A stretch of DNA of 64,000 bases from assembly GCF_006345805.1 (NCBI RefSeq), contig NC_043017.1, positions 31,868,001 through 31,932,000 of the forward strand. The letters are read 5' to 3'. The notes below the pieces were generated by a model. It searched no databases and had not been told where the DNA came from. It saw nothing but the letters and a program-made list of their open reading frames with translations. The DNA is from Octopus sinensis (Eukaryota). Shown piece after piece: positions 51,256-64,000 of the stretch. How positions within the stretch are numbered: position 1 is the stretch's first letter; each line of letters opens with the position of its first letter. The position numbers and the translations under genes are program-made.

Positions 51256-52015
51256 TTTATCAACTAAATACCATTTTGGACGATGCTTCACCAGCATGGC
51301 ATGCAGTAAGATTGAACCGACGGAAATGCGTTTGGGAAACAAACTTCTTAACCATTACCATGTCTGCAGTTAATAGCCTCATGCTTCTCCAAAGAATCTG
51401 AATAGGGAAATTTGTAAAATATATCTGATAGGAGTAAAATGATACAGCACAGGAAACATAAACCATGTTTTGGCTCTATAGTTATCTCAGAAATAGACAG
51501 CAAATGCAGTTGTCTATGGCAAAAATGGTAAGAAGCTCACATGTTGAATTCTGGCCAGCTCCATTGTTTTGGACACTTTTTTTTTGTTTTTTTTTTTCCT
51601 GTTTTATATATCATCTACTTTCCTTGCTGCATCGTTTCCAGGTATGAGCAACGAGAATCTCTCCAGCATGGAGAGAGAGAGAGAGAGAGAGAGAGTTCAT
51701 TTATTTATGACGTACTTTAGCTCATGCATACATACATAAACACATAGGTGCAATGTGTGTGTGTGTATATATGTGTGTGTATATATATATATATTTATTA
51801 TATATACATATATATATATATATATAATATATATATATATATAAATATATATATATATACACACACACACACATATATATATATATATGTATGTATGTAT
51901 GTATATAAACATAGATATATATATACATATATATATATATTTATTTATATATAATATACATATATATACATATACATACATATATATACATATATATACA
52001 TACATATATACATAC

Positions 52016-52049
<34 letters not shown>

Positions 52050-52834
52050 ACATATATATTTTTACATGCACACACATATACATATACATGTGCACATACA
52101 TGTATACACACACGCACACACAGATACCCACACACACACACACACACACACCAAATCGTCCTAATCAGACATCAAATGATTGCAATACAAGTCCTGTTAC
52201 ATGAATATTTACTGCTGCATTATTCTTGCACAAAATACAGGGGGACGAAGCCAACATTGGAAATGGAAATTAGTTATTCCCAGAATAATAATGGCAAAGT
52301 AATCTAGCACAAATTTGATTCCATCACCTATCTTGGGCAAAAAATCAATTCCAAACAGGGAAAATTGTTCAAATTATGTATAGATTGCTTTTCAATTGCA
52401 CTTTAAATAGTTCCATTGTTGCTAGAATAATGTCTATAAGGTTCTTTTTTTTGTTTCAATAAATACCTTTTCCTCTGAAATTGTACACTTCTTCTCTCTG
52501 ATTCCATTTTACTGTGTTTCACATGACATATTCTTTATGTTCCTACTCAAAATTCTCCTTTACTGTTGAACCTATACTTTGTATTTTGTTTTGTTTGTCT
52601 GTCTTTATGAGGTTGGAAGATAAGGGCTGAAGGCTTTAAGTGAAATATCCGTTTTGCAATCTCTGAAGGTACAGAAATATATCTGAAATCATATGGTACC
52701 CTGTAGTTCTTTATCCTTTCACTTTCTGTCACTCTATCTTTTTCTCTGTGTGTGGTTGAATGTGTTTCCGTGTGTGTGCGTATGTGAAAAATCTAGGCGA
52801 GTTAAGTTTGGGGAACGTGATGACCATTCAAAGT

Positions 52835-53415
52835 AGACCTCACACATGTTTCCAGACAGATGGGGAAACTGCTCATACCTATTTCTTTATTACCCACAAG
52901 GGGCTAAACATTGAGGGGACAAACAAAGACAGACATAGGTATTAAGTCGATTACATCGACCCTAGTGCATAACTGGTACTTAATTTATCGACCCCGAAAG
53001 GATGAAAGGCAAAGTCGACCTCAGCGGAATTTGAACTCAGAACGTAGCGGCAGACAAAATACCGCTAAGCATTTCGCCCAGCATGCTAACGGTTCTGCCA
53101 GCTCGCCGCCATACCACAACAGAAACGACGTAGTTGCTATGGCAGTGCTTTGGAGAGAGAATCATCTCCTACTATGGCAATGTCAACTGGCCTTCACGTT
53201 CCCCAGACTTGACTAGCCTGGATTTTTCTTGTGAGGATACCTGAACAAGAGGGTTTGTGTCAATAAACCAAAGGCCCTGGTGCAGCTGAAGGAGAACATC
53301 AATAGAGAAATCAGAGAAGTGGGGTCTGAAACTTTTCAGGGTGTTTTGGAAAGAACACAGACATGCGAAGCCAGAAATGCCTGACATTTAAGCGATGTCA
53401 TTTTTCATATGTAAT
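52835..53415 (+). pseudogene. DD41D (rosa/Visitor-type) Tc1/mariner transposase fragment split by a SINE
   Basis: After removing the SINE (52885-53110): FQTDGETAH..FGERIIS..WPSRSPDLTSLDFFL*GYL, with 41 residues between the 2nd and 3rd Asp by manual count. Confidence 0.8.
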
Positions 53416-54432
53416 ATAGTAGTATTGCAAATTTTGACTGACTTTGTGCATATTAATTTCCATTATGTCCTTTATATTGTATCAAAATTGCACTCTCCTC
53501 AGATTGACACCCAAACACTCTGAAATGTTCATATTGGAGCTTCTACCATGAATGCCAAACTGTAAGGCATATCATTTCCAAATTTCTGACAGAGTGAATT
53601 GTGTCATGCTGCTGTTTTCCTCACAGATGGTGCCCAACTGACCCTACTATACTGTGTAGTCGATAAAATCAAAAATACGCAATTTGTACGCGTGAAATTT
53701 CATATATAATGGTGACAGTTTACCCATTGCGTTGCTTAAATATAATTTTTAATTTAATTGTAATTTCATTTTTATTTATTTATTTTAACCAATTGTTTCC
53801 ATGCTACAGTGTCTCGCTGGTGCGCAGAACAAATTCAGGCATCCTTACAGCACCTCTAGTTCTTGTGGTTAGCAAAATGCAAACAATGGAGGCATAGAAA
53901 GCATAGAAGCAGGAATATGATTGGCAAAAAATATACTTATGTTACTTATAGGCGCAGGAGTGGCTGTGCGGTAAGTAGCTTGCTTACCAACCACATGGTT
54001 CTGGGTTCAGTCCCACTGCATGGCACCTTGGGCAAGTGTCTTCTACTATAGCCTCAGGTCGACCAAAGCCTTGTGAGTGGATTTGGTAGGCGGAAACTGA
54101 AAGAAGCCCGTCGTATATATGTATATATATATATATGTATGTGTGCCTGTGTTTGTCCCCCTAGCATTGCTTGACAACCGATGCTGGTGTGTTTACGTCC
54201 CCGTAACTTAGCGGTTCAGCAAAAAGAGACTGATAGAATAAGTACTGGGCTTACAAAGAATAAGTCCCGGGGTCGAGTTGCTCGATTAAAGGAGGTACTC
54301 CAGCATGGCCGCAGTCAAATGACTGAAACAAGTAAAAGAGTAAAAGATATATATATATATAGATATAGGGTACAAAAAATTCAGGGTGAATACTTGATAA
54401 CTATAAGCACCTGTATATGCCAGTTAGGGGTG

Positions 54433-54482
<50 letters not shown>

Positions 54483-56379
54483 TAAATGTATGTGTGTGTA
54501 TATTTCTGTGTGTATTTGTCTCTGCATCATCGCTTCACAACCGATGCTGGTGTGCTTACGTCCCAGTAACTAACAAATGAGACCGACAGAATAAGTACTA
54601 GGCTTACAAAGAGTAAATTCAGGGATCGATTTGCTCGACTAAAAGCGGTGCTCCAGCATGGCCACAGCGAAATGACTGAAACCAATAAAAGAGTAAAAAA
54701 ATAAAGAGTATTCAGAAATTGAATGACAAGCATTGATAATAATCAACATCTTTAGAACTTTTTAAACTTGACATTTATTTTGGCAGTAAAGCAATCTTCA
54801 GGTTAGTTTGGTTTGGCTCTGAGCAGCAACTTTGTTATGTATCAAATCCTTTTCCCCAGGCAACATAGAACACGAATTGAAAGTCACTGTTCTCATGCTG
54901 AGTCTATTTTCAGAATGGAAATAAAGGTTTTCTTTTCTGCTATGAACCAACACAAGTTTTCTTTGAAATTGTTTTTAAAATTCAAATTAGATTCACAGAT
55001 GGGAACACTTATTTATTTTCAGTGAAACAGCATTAGGAAATTTGTACATATCGATATCAAGAGATGAAAATTTGGCAAAACAAGATTAGAAGTAAGGAAA
55101 AATAATATTGAAAAATATCGAAAGCCAGAAAATAGTGAAAAACCTGTGGATTCCATTAAAAATGTAAAAAAAAAAAAACCCAGTGGAGTTTTGATTCAAC
55201 AAGATCAGGGATGTCTTAGAATGGATAAATTGCTGAAAATCAATGGTACTAAAATTCCAGAAGATCAGGAAAAATTTGTCTTGACAAATTTTTGCATCAA
55301 TTTTATTTATGCAAACAGAGAATTATTGCTGTTGGTTCATGTCTCCATCTTTTTGTTAGTTCTTCAAGTTTGTAGTCTTACTTTCGCTTGAGACTCAACA
55401 GTTATTTACATGAGCCAGGCTCAAAGTCTGCCTGCAGGATGGCTCATAGGCCTTCCAGACAATAAACCTGTTTTTTTTTTCTGTAATGGCCATGTCAGCT
55501 TTAGAAAATTATTCAATCTTTAGATTATCTCCCCTTTTTAGGTAAACTTTGCCTTTCATCCTTTCGGTGTCGATTAAATAAGTACCAGTTACGCACTGCA
55601 GTCGATGTAATCGACTTTATCCGTTTGTCTGTCCTTGTTTGTCCCCTCTGTGTTTAGCCCCTTGGAGCTTAGGTGTTTCACTCATAAACACACGCATTGC
55701 CCGGTCTGAGATTCGAACCCACGATCCCTCAACCGTGAGTCCAAGATATATACATTAATGTAAGTTCTAAATGAACATCAGCTGCATAAATCTCATGATT
55801 TAAAAAATCCAGCAAGGCCACAGGCATTGTCCCATGCTAGGAATTTTCTAGCAATAGGGACAATATTATTTTCCCTTGAAATAGGTCCCCCAAAATTTAC
55901 CATGCCACCTCAAAAATAACAATTACCCTTTTCACAAGGCACTTCCACCTCCAGAGGAATATTATTACAAATGATGAACTTACTGTTTCATTTCACTGAG
56001 AAAATAAGTGAACAAATTCAGAACATTAGGGATGCCCTCTGGAGCAAGAATATCGCCAAAGCACAAATAAAACTTGGTAAAGTATGTGGAAGTCGTTGGT
56101 TTTATACATATATCTTTTACTTATTTCAGTCATTAGACTGCGGCCATGCTGGAGCAACAACTTAAAGAATTCTTAGTTGAATTATAGGCGTAGGAGTGGC
56201 TGTGTGGTAAGTAGCTTGCTCACCAACCACATGGTTCCAGGTTCAGTCCCACTGCGTGGCACCTTGGGCAAGTGTCTTCTACTGTAGCCTCGGGCCAACC
56301 AAAGCCTTGTGAGTGGATTTGGTAGACGGAAACTGAAAGAAGCCCATCATATGTATATATATATATGTGTGTGTGTGTG

Positions 56380-56690
56380 TGTTCTTCTTCTTCATCCTCT
56401 TCCTCTTCCTTCTTCTTCCTCTTCCTTCTTCTTCCTCTTCCTTCTTCTTCCTCTTCCTTCTTCTTCCTCTTCCTTCTTCTTCCTCTTCCTTCTTCTTCCT
56501 CTTCCTTCTTCTTCCTCTTCCTTCTTCTTCCTCTTCTTCCTCCTCTTCTTCCTCCTCTTCTTCTTCCTCCTCTTCTTCCTCCTCTCTTCTTCTTCTTCTT
56601 CTTCTTCTTCTTCTTCTTCTTCTTCTCCTCCTCCTTTTTCTTCTCCTCCTCCTCCTTTTTCTTCTTCTTCTTCTTCTTCATTTCTTTTTT
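56380..56690 (+). repeat. (CTT)n/(CCT)n tract
   Basis: Directly visible. Confidence 0.95.
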
Positions 56691-57864
56691 TTTCTGCTTT
56701 GCCTTAATGTGTCTCTCGTCTAACTTCTCATATCTTCGAATCCAGAGTTAACAAGAACCTCATTTACTCTCAGTGGTTTCCTTCAATTTTAAATATTCTT
56801 ATCATTCCTTTTATTACCATCTTATATTGCTTCATTTTTATTAGCCTTTTTTTATTATCATCTCATTTGCTGTATTTCATTACCATCCATTCTTTTATTA
56901 CCTTCTCATTATTAATATGTCATTTAAATAATTCATAAATTATTTCCTTGCCACATTTTAGCGACCATCTTAAACAAGCAGCTTTCTTGAGAGAGTTTCA
57001 TGGATATCATTGATACATTCTCCTTTCTCCAAAACACATGGAGTAAGAATGGCAAACGGGCCTAACTTGCTGGAGGATTTCTAATAAAAAAAATGTGCTA
57101 AAGTCTTGTGTTTGATATTGTAGCAACTGGAATCAATCCCACATTTTGCTACATTGAAATCGCATTCTTATCATGTGCACAAACTCATTTGTTATCCAAT
57201 CAATGGCTGTTGTTCACATGACAGTTCAGTGGCTTGTCTGGATTTTGCATGAACACTTGACTGTATTGTAAATACAGTCAAGTTTTGCAGAGTGTCAAGA
57301 CGTCTGAGCTGCCGTGATATTCTCCACTCACATCACCCTCAGAGTGATCAATTCCCATTGGCATCCACATCCATCAGTTGTTTTCACAGCTGCATGTTCA
57401 ACCTGAAATGATTGAAGAAGACACACTACAGTACTGTATTTGATGTGTAATAATTAGTCCAAATGTTGAATTTCTAACAAAGATTTTCTGCATTTGTCAT
57501 ATGTGGTGTTTGATCTGAATGTTCCTTTTCTTGTATTGCATGAACACTTTCTGGTTAATGTAGCAAAGAAATTATGTTCCAAAACACATAAAAAAATGCC
57601 TTCCAATTTGCTACAATTGGCAAAATTGCTACAATACTTTTTCTCTGATATTTACCATATCCTTATTTTTCTGGGTGCTTCTTTGGGATGCAGTCAACAT
57701 TTCAAACAAACCTAAATTATTTGTATTCAATAGTAGCAGTATAGCCCAGTGTTGCTCGGGCTTGTTTTCTTTTCCACCCTTTAGAATTGGAATTTTTGGA
57801 AAGTAAAAATTTTGCATTATGTAGCTTGTTATTCTCTGTAAGTGAAATTTTTCTGGTTTGAAAA

Positions 57865-58965
57865 TCATCATCATCATCATCATCATTTAGCGTCCGTTTC
57901 CATGCTAGCATGGGTTGGACGGTTCACTGGGGTCTGGGGAGCCCGAAGGCTGCACCAGGCCAGTCAGATCTGGCAGTGTTTCTACAGCTGGATGCCCTTC
58001 CTAACGCCAAACAATCCGAGAGTGTAGTGGGTGATTTTATGTGCCACCGACACAGGTGCCAGACGAGGCTGGCAAACGGCCACGCTCGGATGGTGTTTTT
58101 ATGTGCCACCGACACAGGTGCCAGACGAGGCTGGCAGACGGCCACGCTCGGATGGTGTTTTTATGTGCCACCGACACAGGTGCCAGATGAGGCTGGCGGA
58201 CGGCCACGATTGGATGGTGTTTGTTACGTCCCCAAAGCACAGAGGCCAGTCTATGCGGTACTGGCTACGGCCACGTTCGGATGATTTTCTTGTGTGCCAC
58301 CGGCACTGGTACCACAAGGATACAAATTCCATTGATGTTCATATTTTGATTTGTTTTGATTTTCACTTGCCTCAACAGGTCTTCACAAGTGTCACAAGAA
58401 GGAAGGTATGCACAGGTGGACTGACTACGTCCAGGTAGGGGCCACGGGTTATGGCCTGAATAGTCTGCCGGTCTTCGGATGGTTGTTTTTATGTGCCACC
58501 GACACAGGTGCCAGATGAGGCTGGCGAACGGCCACGATCGGATGGTGTTTGTTACGTGCCCACAACGGAGGCCAGTCGATGCGGGGTGGGGTACTGGCTA
58601 CGGCCACATTCGGATGGTTTTCTTGTGTGCCACCGCCACTGGTACCACAAAGATACAAATTCCATTGATGTTCATCTATTTTGATTTGTTTTGATTTGAT
58701 TTGATTTGATTTTCACTTGCCTCAACAGGTCTTCACAGGTCTTCACAAGTGTCACAAGAAGGAAGGAAGGTATGCACAGGTGGACTGACTACGTCCCAGG
58801 TAGGGGCCACGGGTTATGGCCTGACTAGTCTTGCCGGGTCTTCGGTTGGTGTTTTTATGTGCCACCGACACAGGTGCCAGATGAGGCTGGCGAACGGCCA
58901 CGATCGGATGGTGTTTGTTATGTGCCCACATCACAGAGGCCAGTCGATGCAGTACTGGCTACGGC
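57865..58965 (-). repeat. RTE-tail element with nested ~62-bp and ~330-365-bp tandem repeats
   Basis: Recurring gtgccaccgacacaggtgccaga(c/t)gaggctggc..ggccacg(c/a)t(c/t)ggatgg; larger blocks repeat at ~58166, 58494 and 58859. Confidence 0.85.
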
Positions 58966-59409
58966 TCATAGAAAAAAAAGCACCTTTTTAATGTATATAA
59001 TTTTTGGTATTAACATTGTTCAATTTGAAATTTTTCTTCTACGGAATAAAGAGCAAGCCTTCTTCTATCATACTCTCAATTTTGGTCAACTTGCACCGCA
59101 GGGTCTTGGAGGAGATAGTGTTAGTTGAAGGCTACCAAACCTGCCATACACAGACAACTTCAGCTTTATATAGAGAGAGATTAAACAAAACCAACTGATA
59201 TTATCATCCCATCCATTTTGTCCTTAATGACTTGAAAACAAAAACAAAATAATTTTTTAATGTGATTGTGGATACTTAAACATCATAAAATCTCATTTTT
59301 CTTATAGAAAACAATTGAAGATTTCCTAGCTTTGTCAGTAAGGCAGGAATGGTTTGTGAGGGATATGCAAACCACGAACAGAGCTGCAGTCAGCTAGATA
59401 AGGATCAGC

Positions 59410-59960
59410 CATAAAAATAGTAATGAATTTGCCATGAGCAGCTTGATGTCCATCAGGGTTCGGGTCTTAGTCCTTTTCTATTTAGCCTCGCCTGGCCCTT
59501 GTGCCGGTGGCACATAAAAAGCACCATCCGTTCGTGGCCGTTTGCCAGCTCTGTCTGGCACCAGTGCGGGTGGCACGTAAAAAGCACCCACTACACTCAC
59601 GAGTGGTTGTTGCGTTAGAAAGGGCATCCAGCTGTAGAAACACTGCCAGATTTGACTGGGCCTGATGAAGCCTTCTGGCTTCACAGACCCCAGTAGAACA
59701 GTCCAACCCATGCTAGCATGGAAAACGGACGCTAAATGATGATGATGATGATGATGATGTTATCCTCTATGTCATAATAAAGGAGCTTAAGATTAGCTGC
59801 CCATCGTTCATTAAGTTGAATCTGTTGTAGAACTTGAAAAAGAAATTCCAAATGTGGGAACAAAACTTAGAAGTGAGAAGCCTGAAGTAGACTGAGTAAA
59901 ACTTAAGAATTAGTTTTAAAAAGAAGTAGACAGGAACATAATGGCAGTTCGTTGGTTATG
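59410..59960 (+). pseudogene. RTE-clade RT fragment interrupted by an RTE-tail element (~59487-59760)
   Basis: VHQGSGLSPFLF and KKFQMWEQNLE motifs. Confidence 0.65.
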
Positions 59961-59989
59961 ACAACAAGGGTTCCAGACACACACACAAA

Positions 59990-62900
59990 CACATACAAAT
60001 ACAGACACATACATGCATACATGCATACTACACACATACATACATACATTCATATGCACGTACATACATACATACATACATATGTACATACATGCATACA
60101 TACATACATACATACATACATACATGCATACATACATACATACATACATACATGCATACATACATACATACATACATACATACATACATTCATATGCACG
60201 TACATACACACATACATACATACATGCATACATACGTACATACATACGTACATACATACATAAATACATACATACATAAATACATACATACATACATACA
60301 TACATACACACACATACATACACACATACATACATACATAAATACATACATACATACATGCATATATACATACATACATGCATACATACATACATACATA
60401 CATACATACATGCATACATAACATACATTACATACATACATGCATACATATAATACATACATAACATACATGCATACATACATACATACATACATACATA
60501 CATACATGCATACATACATACATACATACATACATACATGCATGCATACATACATACATACATACATACATACATACATACATACATACATACATGCATA
60601 CATACATACATACATACATACATACATACATGCATACATACATACCATAATACATACATACAGCATGCATACATACATACATACATACATACATACATGC
60701 ATACTTACATACACATACATACATACATACATGCATACATACATACATACATACATACAACATACATGCATACATACATACACCATACATACATACATGC
60801 AGCATACAACATACATACATACATACATACATACATGCTTACATGCATACATACATACATACATACATGCATACATACATACATACATACATACATACAT
60901 ACATGCATACATACATGCATACATACATACATACATACATACATACATACATGCATACATACATACATACATACATACATACATGCATACATACATACAT
61001 ACATACATACATACATACATACATGCATACATACATACATACATACATACATACATACATGCATACAACATACACTACATACATACATTACATCCATACA
61101 TACATACAACCATACATACATACATACACACATACATACATACATACATACATACATACATACATACATACATGCATACATACATACATACATGCATACA
61201 TACATGCATACATACATACATACATACATACATACATACATGCATACATACATACATACATACATACATGCATACATACATACATTATCAACATACATAC
61301 ATACATACATACATTGCATGCATGCATACATACATACATACATAATACATGCATGCATACATACATGCATACATACATACATACATACATGCATACATAC
61401 ATAAATACATACATGCATGCATGCATACATACATACATACATACATACATACATACATACATACATGCATTACATACATACATACCTACATACATGCATA
61501 CATACATACATACATACATACATACATACATGCATGCATGCATACATACATACATACATACATACATACATCCTACATACATGCATACATACATACATAC
61601 ATACATACATACATGCATACATACATACATACATACATGCATGCATACTACATGCATACATACATACATACATACATACATGCATACATACATACATACA
61701 TACATACATGCATACATACATACATACATACATACATACATACATGCATACATACATGCATACATACATCTACATAATACATGCATATACATACATACAT
61801 ACAACATGCATGCATGCATGCATACATACATACATACATACATTACATACATGCATGCATACATACATGCGCATTAAACATACATACATACATAATGCAT
61901 GCATAATACATACATACATACATACATACATACCTACATTACATACATGCATACATACATGCATACATACATACATACATGCATGCATGCATACATACAT
62001 ACATACATACATACATTGCATGCATACATACATACATACATACATGCATGCATACCATGCATGCATCATACATACAACATGCATAACAACATACAATACA
62101 TACATACATACATACATGCATACATACATACATACATGCATACATACATACATACATACATGCATACATACCTGCATACATACATACATACATAATGCAT
62201 AACAATACATACATACATACATTACATACATGCATACATACATGCAGGATACATACATACATACATACATACATACATAAATACATACATACATGCATAC
62301 ATACATACATACATACATTCATAACATGCATACATAATTACATACATGCATAATACATACATTACATGCATACATACATACATGCATACATACATACATA
62401 CATACACACATACATACATACATGCATACATACATAATACATACATACACACATACATACATGCACCATACATACATACATAACATACATACATGCATAC
62501 ATGCATACATACATGCATACATACATACATACATCACATGCATATATACATACATGCATACATACATAACATACATACATACATGCATACATACATGCAT
62601 ACATACATACATACATACATACATGCATACATACATACTACATACATACATGCATAATGCATACATACATACATAAGCATTTACATACATACTACATGCA
62701 ACATGCATAATACATACATACATGCATACATACATACATACATACACACATACATACATACATGCATACATACACTTACATACATACATTACATAACAAC
62801 ATGCATACATACATACATGCATACATACATACATGCACATACATGCATACATACAACATACATTTACACAATATACACAACATACAACATACATACATAC

Positions 62901-64000
62901 ATACTACATGCATACATAACATACATGCATACATCATACATAATGCCATACATACATACATAATAATACATACACACATACATACAACACATACATTACA
63001 TACATACATACATACATACATACAACATACATACATACATGCATACATACATACATACATACATTCACCAACATACATAAATACACTACATACATACATA
63101 CATACATACATGCATACATGCATACATACATACATACATACATACATACAAATACATACATACATACATTCACACATACATACATACATACATACATACA
63201 TACATACATTCACACAATACATACATAATACATACACATACATACATGCATACATACATACATACATGCAACATACATACATCCCATTACATACATGCAT
63301 AATACATACATGCATACATACATACATACATACATGCATACATACATACATACATACATGCATACATACATAATACATGCAGCATACATACATTACATAC
63401 ATACATACATACATACATTCACACATACATACATACACCATACATACACACATACATACATAATACATACATACATGCATACATACATACATACATACAT
63501 ACATACATACATACATACATGCATACATACATACATACATACATACATACACACATACATACATAATACATACATACATTACATACATGCATACATACAT
63601 ACATACATGCAATGATACATACATACTACATACATACATACATTCAACATACATACTACATACATACATACATACATACATACATTCACACATACATACA
63701 TACATGCATACATACATACATACATACATGCTACATACATAACATACATTCACACATACATACATACATACATACATACATACATACATACATACATAAT
63801 ACATACATTCACACATACATACATAACATACATACAATTACATACATTCACACATACATACATACAATATACATACATACATACATACATACATTACATT
63901 CACACATACATACATACATACATACATACATGCATACATACATACATACATACATACATACATGCATACAACATACATACATACATACATACATACATTC
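59990..64000 (+). repeat. More than 4 kb of degenerate (CATA)n with interspersed CATG units, running off the window
   Basis: Directly visible; source of all MYVC/HTYI ORFs. Confidence 0.97.

Noticed and set aside
57256-57282. Perfect 12-bp hairpin cttgactgtatt-gta-aatacagtcaag
   Set aside because: Too short, with a 3-nt loop, for a pre-miRNA; single occurrence.
58180-58215. CAGAUGA-GGCUG-GCG(G/A)A-CGGCC resembling a hammerhead core plus stem II in the RTE tandem module
   Set aside because: The core is CAGAUGA, the stem is followed by ACGA rather than GAAA, and other copies read gccagacagagctggc, a plain hairpin.
59916-63837. Dozens of MYVC/HTYI ORFs up to 353 aa
   Set aside because: Artefacts of (CATA)n, open in all frames on both strands.

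Overview
AT-rich, repeat-saturated eukaryotic DNA, intergenic or inside a very large intron. It is most consistent with an octopus or other coleoid cephalopod genome, an inference from the tRNA-derived SINE families, RTE-type tails and microsatellite load. No host protein-coding gene can be confidently built. Nearly all ORFs in the track are microsatellite translations or transposon relics. Supported content: many decayed R4/Dong-type (RT + restriction-like endonuclease) retroelements sitting in (TAA)n tracts, with a ~560-bp non-coding element in the same tracts; RTE and CR1-type LINE fragments; several tRNA-derived SINE families, one forming ~184-bp head-to-tail arrays; Tc1 (DD34E), mariner (D34D) and DD41D transposase relics; TTAA-, 8-bp-TSD and Helentron-like MITEs; one solo LTR; and large simple-repeat blocks. 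The most notable signal is five hammerhead-ribozyme-related loci (290-324, 4950-4996, 6718-6945, 35945-35989, 49506-49566) in short Penelope/retrozyme-like elements. One carries a built-in antisense lock, one lies in a 346-bp retrozyme-like unit, and two form long fold-back palindromes. All calls were made by eye; no database searches or folding programs were run.
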